Positions 61,797 through 64,000 of a stretch of DNA of 64,000 nt are shown in pieces. The DNA comes from Selaginella moellendorffii (lineage: Eukaryota; Plantae; Lycopodiophyta): positions 1,143,370 through 1,207,369 of the forward strand of contig NW_003314285.1 of NCBI RefSeq assembly GCF_000143415.4. Reading direction: 5' to 3'. How positions within the stretch are numbered: the first letter of the stretch is position 1; each line of letters starts with the position of its first letter. Made by a program: the position numbers and the translations under genes. Below the pieces are notes generated by a model, which made no database searches, was not told the origin of the DNA, and was given only the letters and a program-made list of their open reading frames with translations.

Positions 61797-64000
61797 CTAC
61801 ATTCTCACGGCGATCGGGCTGCGCACAACGTGCACTCCATCTTCCCAGGTGAGATCCGAGAAGCTCCATTTCGGCGCTTGGGGATCCGCCGTTATGGATC
61901 CCTTGGCGGAGACGGTGACGCTGTAGGTCAGCTTCTGTCCGGCGCTTGTGAAGCTCAGCTTGGTGGGAGTGACCGAGATCGAGATTCCCTTGGCGCTTCC
62001 CACGGAAGCGGTGTAGGTCGCGCTGGGATTTCCCACATTGGTCACTGTCCTCTCCACCGTCTTGCTGGATCCATCCAAGAGGACTGCGATGGAGGGATAG
62101 TTGAGGCTGAAAGAGGTGTCGTTCTTGGGGCATTTGCTGCTACTGTCGCCTGTGATGTTTTGGATTTGCTTGGAGGTATAGCCCGAGTTACAGAGATAGG
62201 TGATATAGTCGAGAGGATCAGTGTCGTAGACTAGTCCTGGATCGACTGCTTTTGCTGGTTGGATCTCACCGTTTCCAACGTCGAAAACAGTCGCTGCCTT
62301 GTTAGTGCTTGGATCGACGATTGTTTTGTTGGTGTTGTCTTTGGTGATAGCTGCCAAGAACACTCTTGAGTCTCCAGTTTTATTTTGTTTTCTCTCGACT
62401 TACCTGTGGTCATGACTGCTGATTTGATCGCCGCAGGACTCCATGTTGGGTGAATGGATTTCAAGTAAGCGATGGTGCCACTGACGTGAGGGCACGCCAT
62501 GGAAGTTCCAGAGAGAAAAGTGTACTCCACGAACACTTCCTTTCCATTGTCAGTGTCGGGGATATTGCTTGGCCAAGCTGCTAAGATCTCGACTCCTGGA
62601 GCGGTAACGTCCGGCTGCAACGCGAGATAAGTCACAAGCTTCATGGTATGTCTTTCGAGTACCTTGATGATATCCGGACTGATTGTGTGTGGACCTCTTG
62701 ACGAAAACTCCGCTACGACAGGTGCTGGCTTGTAAGGAATCGTTGTTCCTCTGAGAATTCGTGATTTACGACTGCACAGAAACCACGAGGCCAAGAGTAA
62801 GTTTCCATCACCTTTTGATCATCTGTTATACTTACTTGGCTGCTATTTTAGCATCCTCGTTGATCTCCCTGTCGATTGTACTGGCACCGACTGTGAAGAT
62901 CCAGGGAGCACCGTTGGACACCGATCCAGTAAATGGTCCAGAGTTTCCACCAGCGCAAGAGACCATGATCCCTCTTTCGACGGCGTGATAGGCACCAATC
63001 GCAATGACGTCTACGCTGTAAACTGCGGGATAGCCTCCGAGTGAGATGGACAGGACATCCACGCCGTCGTTGATGGCATCGTCGAAACCCGCAGCGATGT
63101 CAACCTCCTCGCAGCTATCCGTCCAGCAGACTTTGTACATGGCGATCCGAGCATTTGGAGCTCCTCCTCGGGCCGTGCCAGGAGCGAGTCCTCTCTTACT
63201 CGCGTGCGGAACCAGGCTCCCAGCAGCTGTCGACGACGTATGAGTTCCATGTCCAACCGAGTCTCTCGAGTTCTTGTATGGACCCGTCGAGACTTTCGCT
63301 CCGTTATAGTATCTGGCTCCAACGAGCTTCCTGGTAAGGAGTTCATTCATCACTTTAGTCTTTTCTTCTGGCAAACTATAACACGTACTTGTTGCAGTTG
63401 ACAGTCTCATTGGCTTTGGTGCCTGGTGGATTGACGCAAGTTCCTTTCCAACGAGCTGGCACAGGTCCCATGTCGGTGTCCTTGAAACTCTCCGACTCCG
63501 GCCAGATTCCTACGCACAGAACAAGTAAGCACATCGAGCTTTTTCGGGCGAGCTTTGTGAAGTTACCTGTGTCCAGAAGCCCGACGATCACGTCAGTGGG
63601 AGCACTTGGAGATCCAGCGTGACTGCTTTTGGCTGGCATGGCCATGCCGAGGAAATCCCACGAGTGTGTTGTCAGTGGATGGAGCGTTTTGCTGGGATAG
63701 ATGTTGAGGACCTCAGGCATTCCTACACAATGGTAACGATCGGTTTGTACTTTTCATGTGTTAAGCAATGACTAACTGGAGATTGTTTCGGCCTCTTGTT
63801 CGGTCAGGTATGCCGAGAATCCACTGAAGGCGTACTTGTAACTGAAGATGATGGACGAGCGAGCATTCTCGATGCTGCAAGACAAATTCTCGGAAGCGTG
63901 AGCCTCGCCAAGACACAAAGGGAATCGATCAAACCTTCCAACAGCTCTTGCAAGTATGTCATGGTGGATCAAGGTGAGCTCGCTCGATTCCACTCCTTTG
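61797..64000 (-). CDS. Subtilisin-like serine protease (S8A): I9 prodomain, catalytic domain lacking PA insert, Fn3-like C-terminus; 5' end beyond window
   Basis: Catalytic motifs [22 protein letters not shown] and SGTSMACPH. Seven ~48-65 nt GT-AG introns give a continuous frame ending VRSPIAVRM*. Confidence 0.88.

Overview
Land-plant nuclear DNA, most likely a lycophyte such as Selaginella. This is inferred from ~50-65 nt introns, TTTAGGG telomere repeats and a Tcn1-like self-priming chromovirus. About 44 kb of the left side is a deep nest of LTR retroelements, many with boundaries fixed by 5-bp target-site duplications (TSDs). It contains two non-coding LARD-like families (A and B), three Ty3/gypsy chromovirus families, an old non-chromovirus gypsy, 5S-bearing Cassandra TRIMs and a second short-LTR TRIM family. 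The right side holds a tandemly repeated convergent pair: an AT-rich intronless gene for a secreted bulb-type lectin fusion (+) and a PA-domain-less subtilisin (-). The most unusual signals are: (1) a chromovirus whose integrase/chromodomain region is interrupted by ~50-nt spliceosomal-intron-like inserts whose removal restores conserved motifs; (2) a covarying structured RNA with twin tRNA-like T-loop hairpins shared by that chromovirus and non-coding LARD-A; (3) a 6.35-kb chimera of other TEs bounded by TRIM LTRs, PBS, PPT and a near-perfect TSD; (4) a head-to-head telomere-repeat palindrome inside a pol gene. All coordinates were read by eye and may be off by a few bases where no TSD anchors them.
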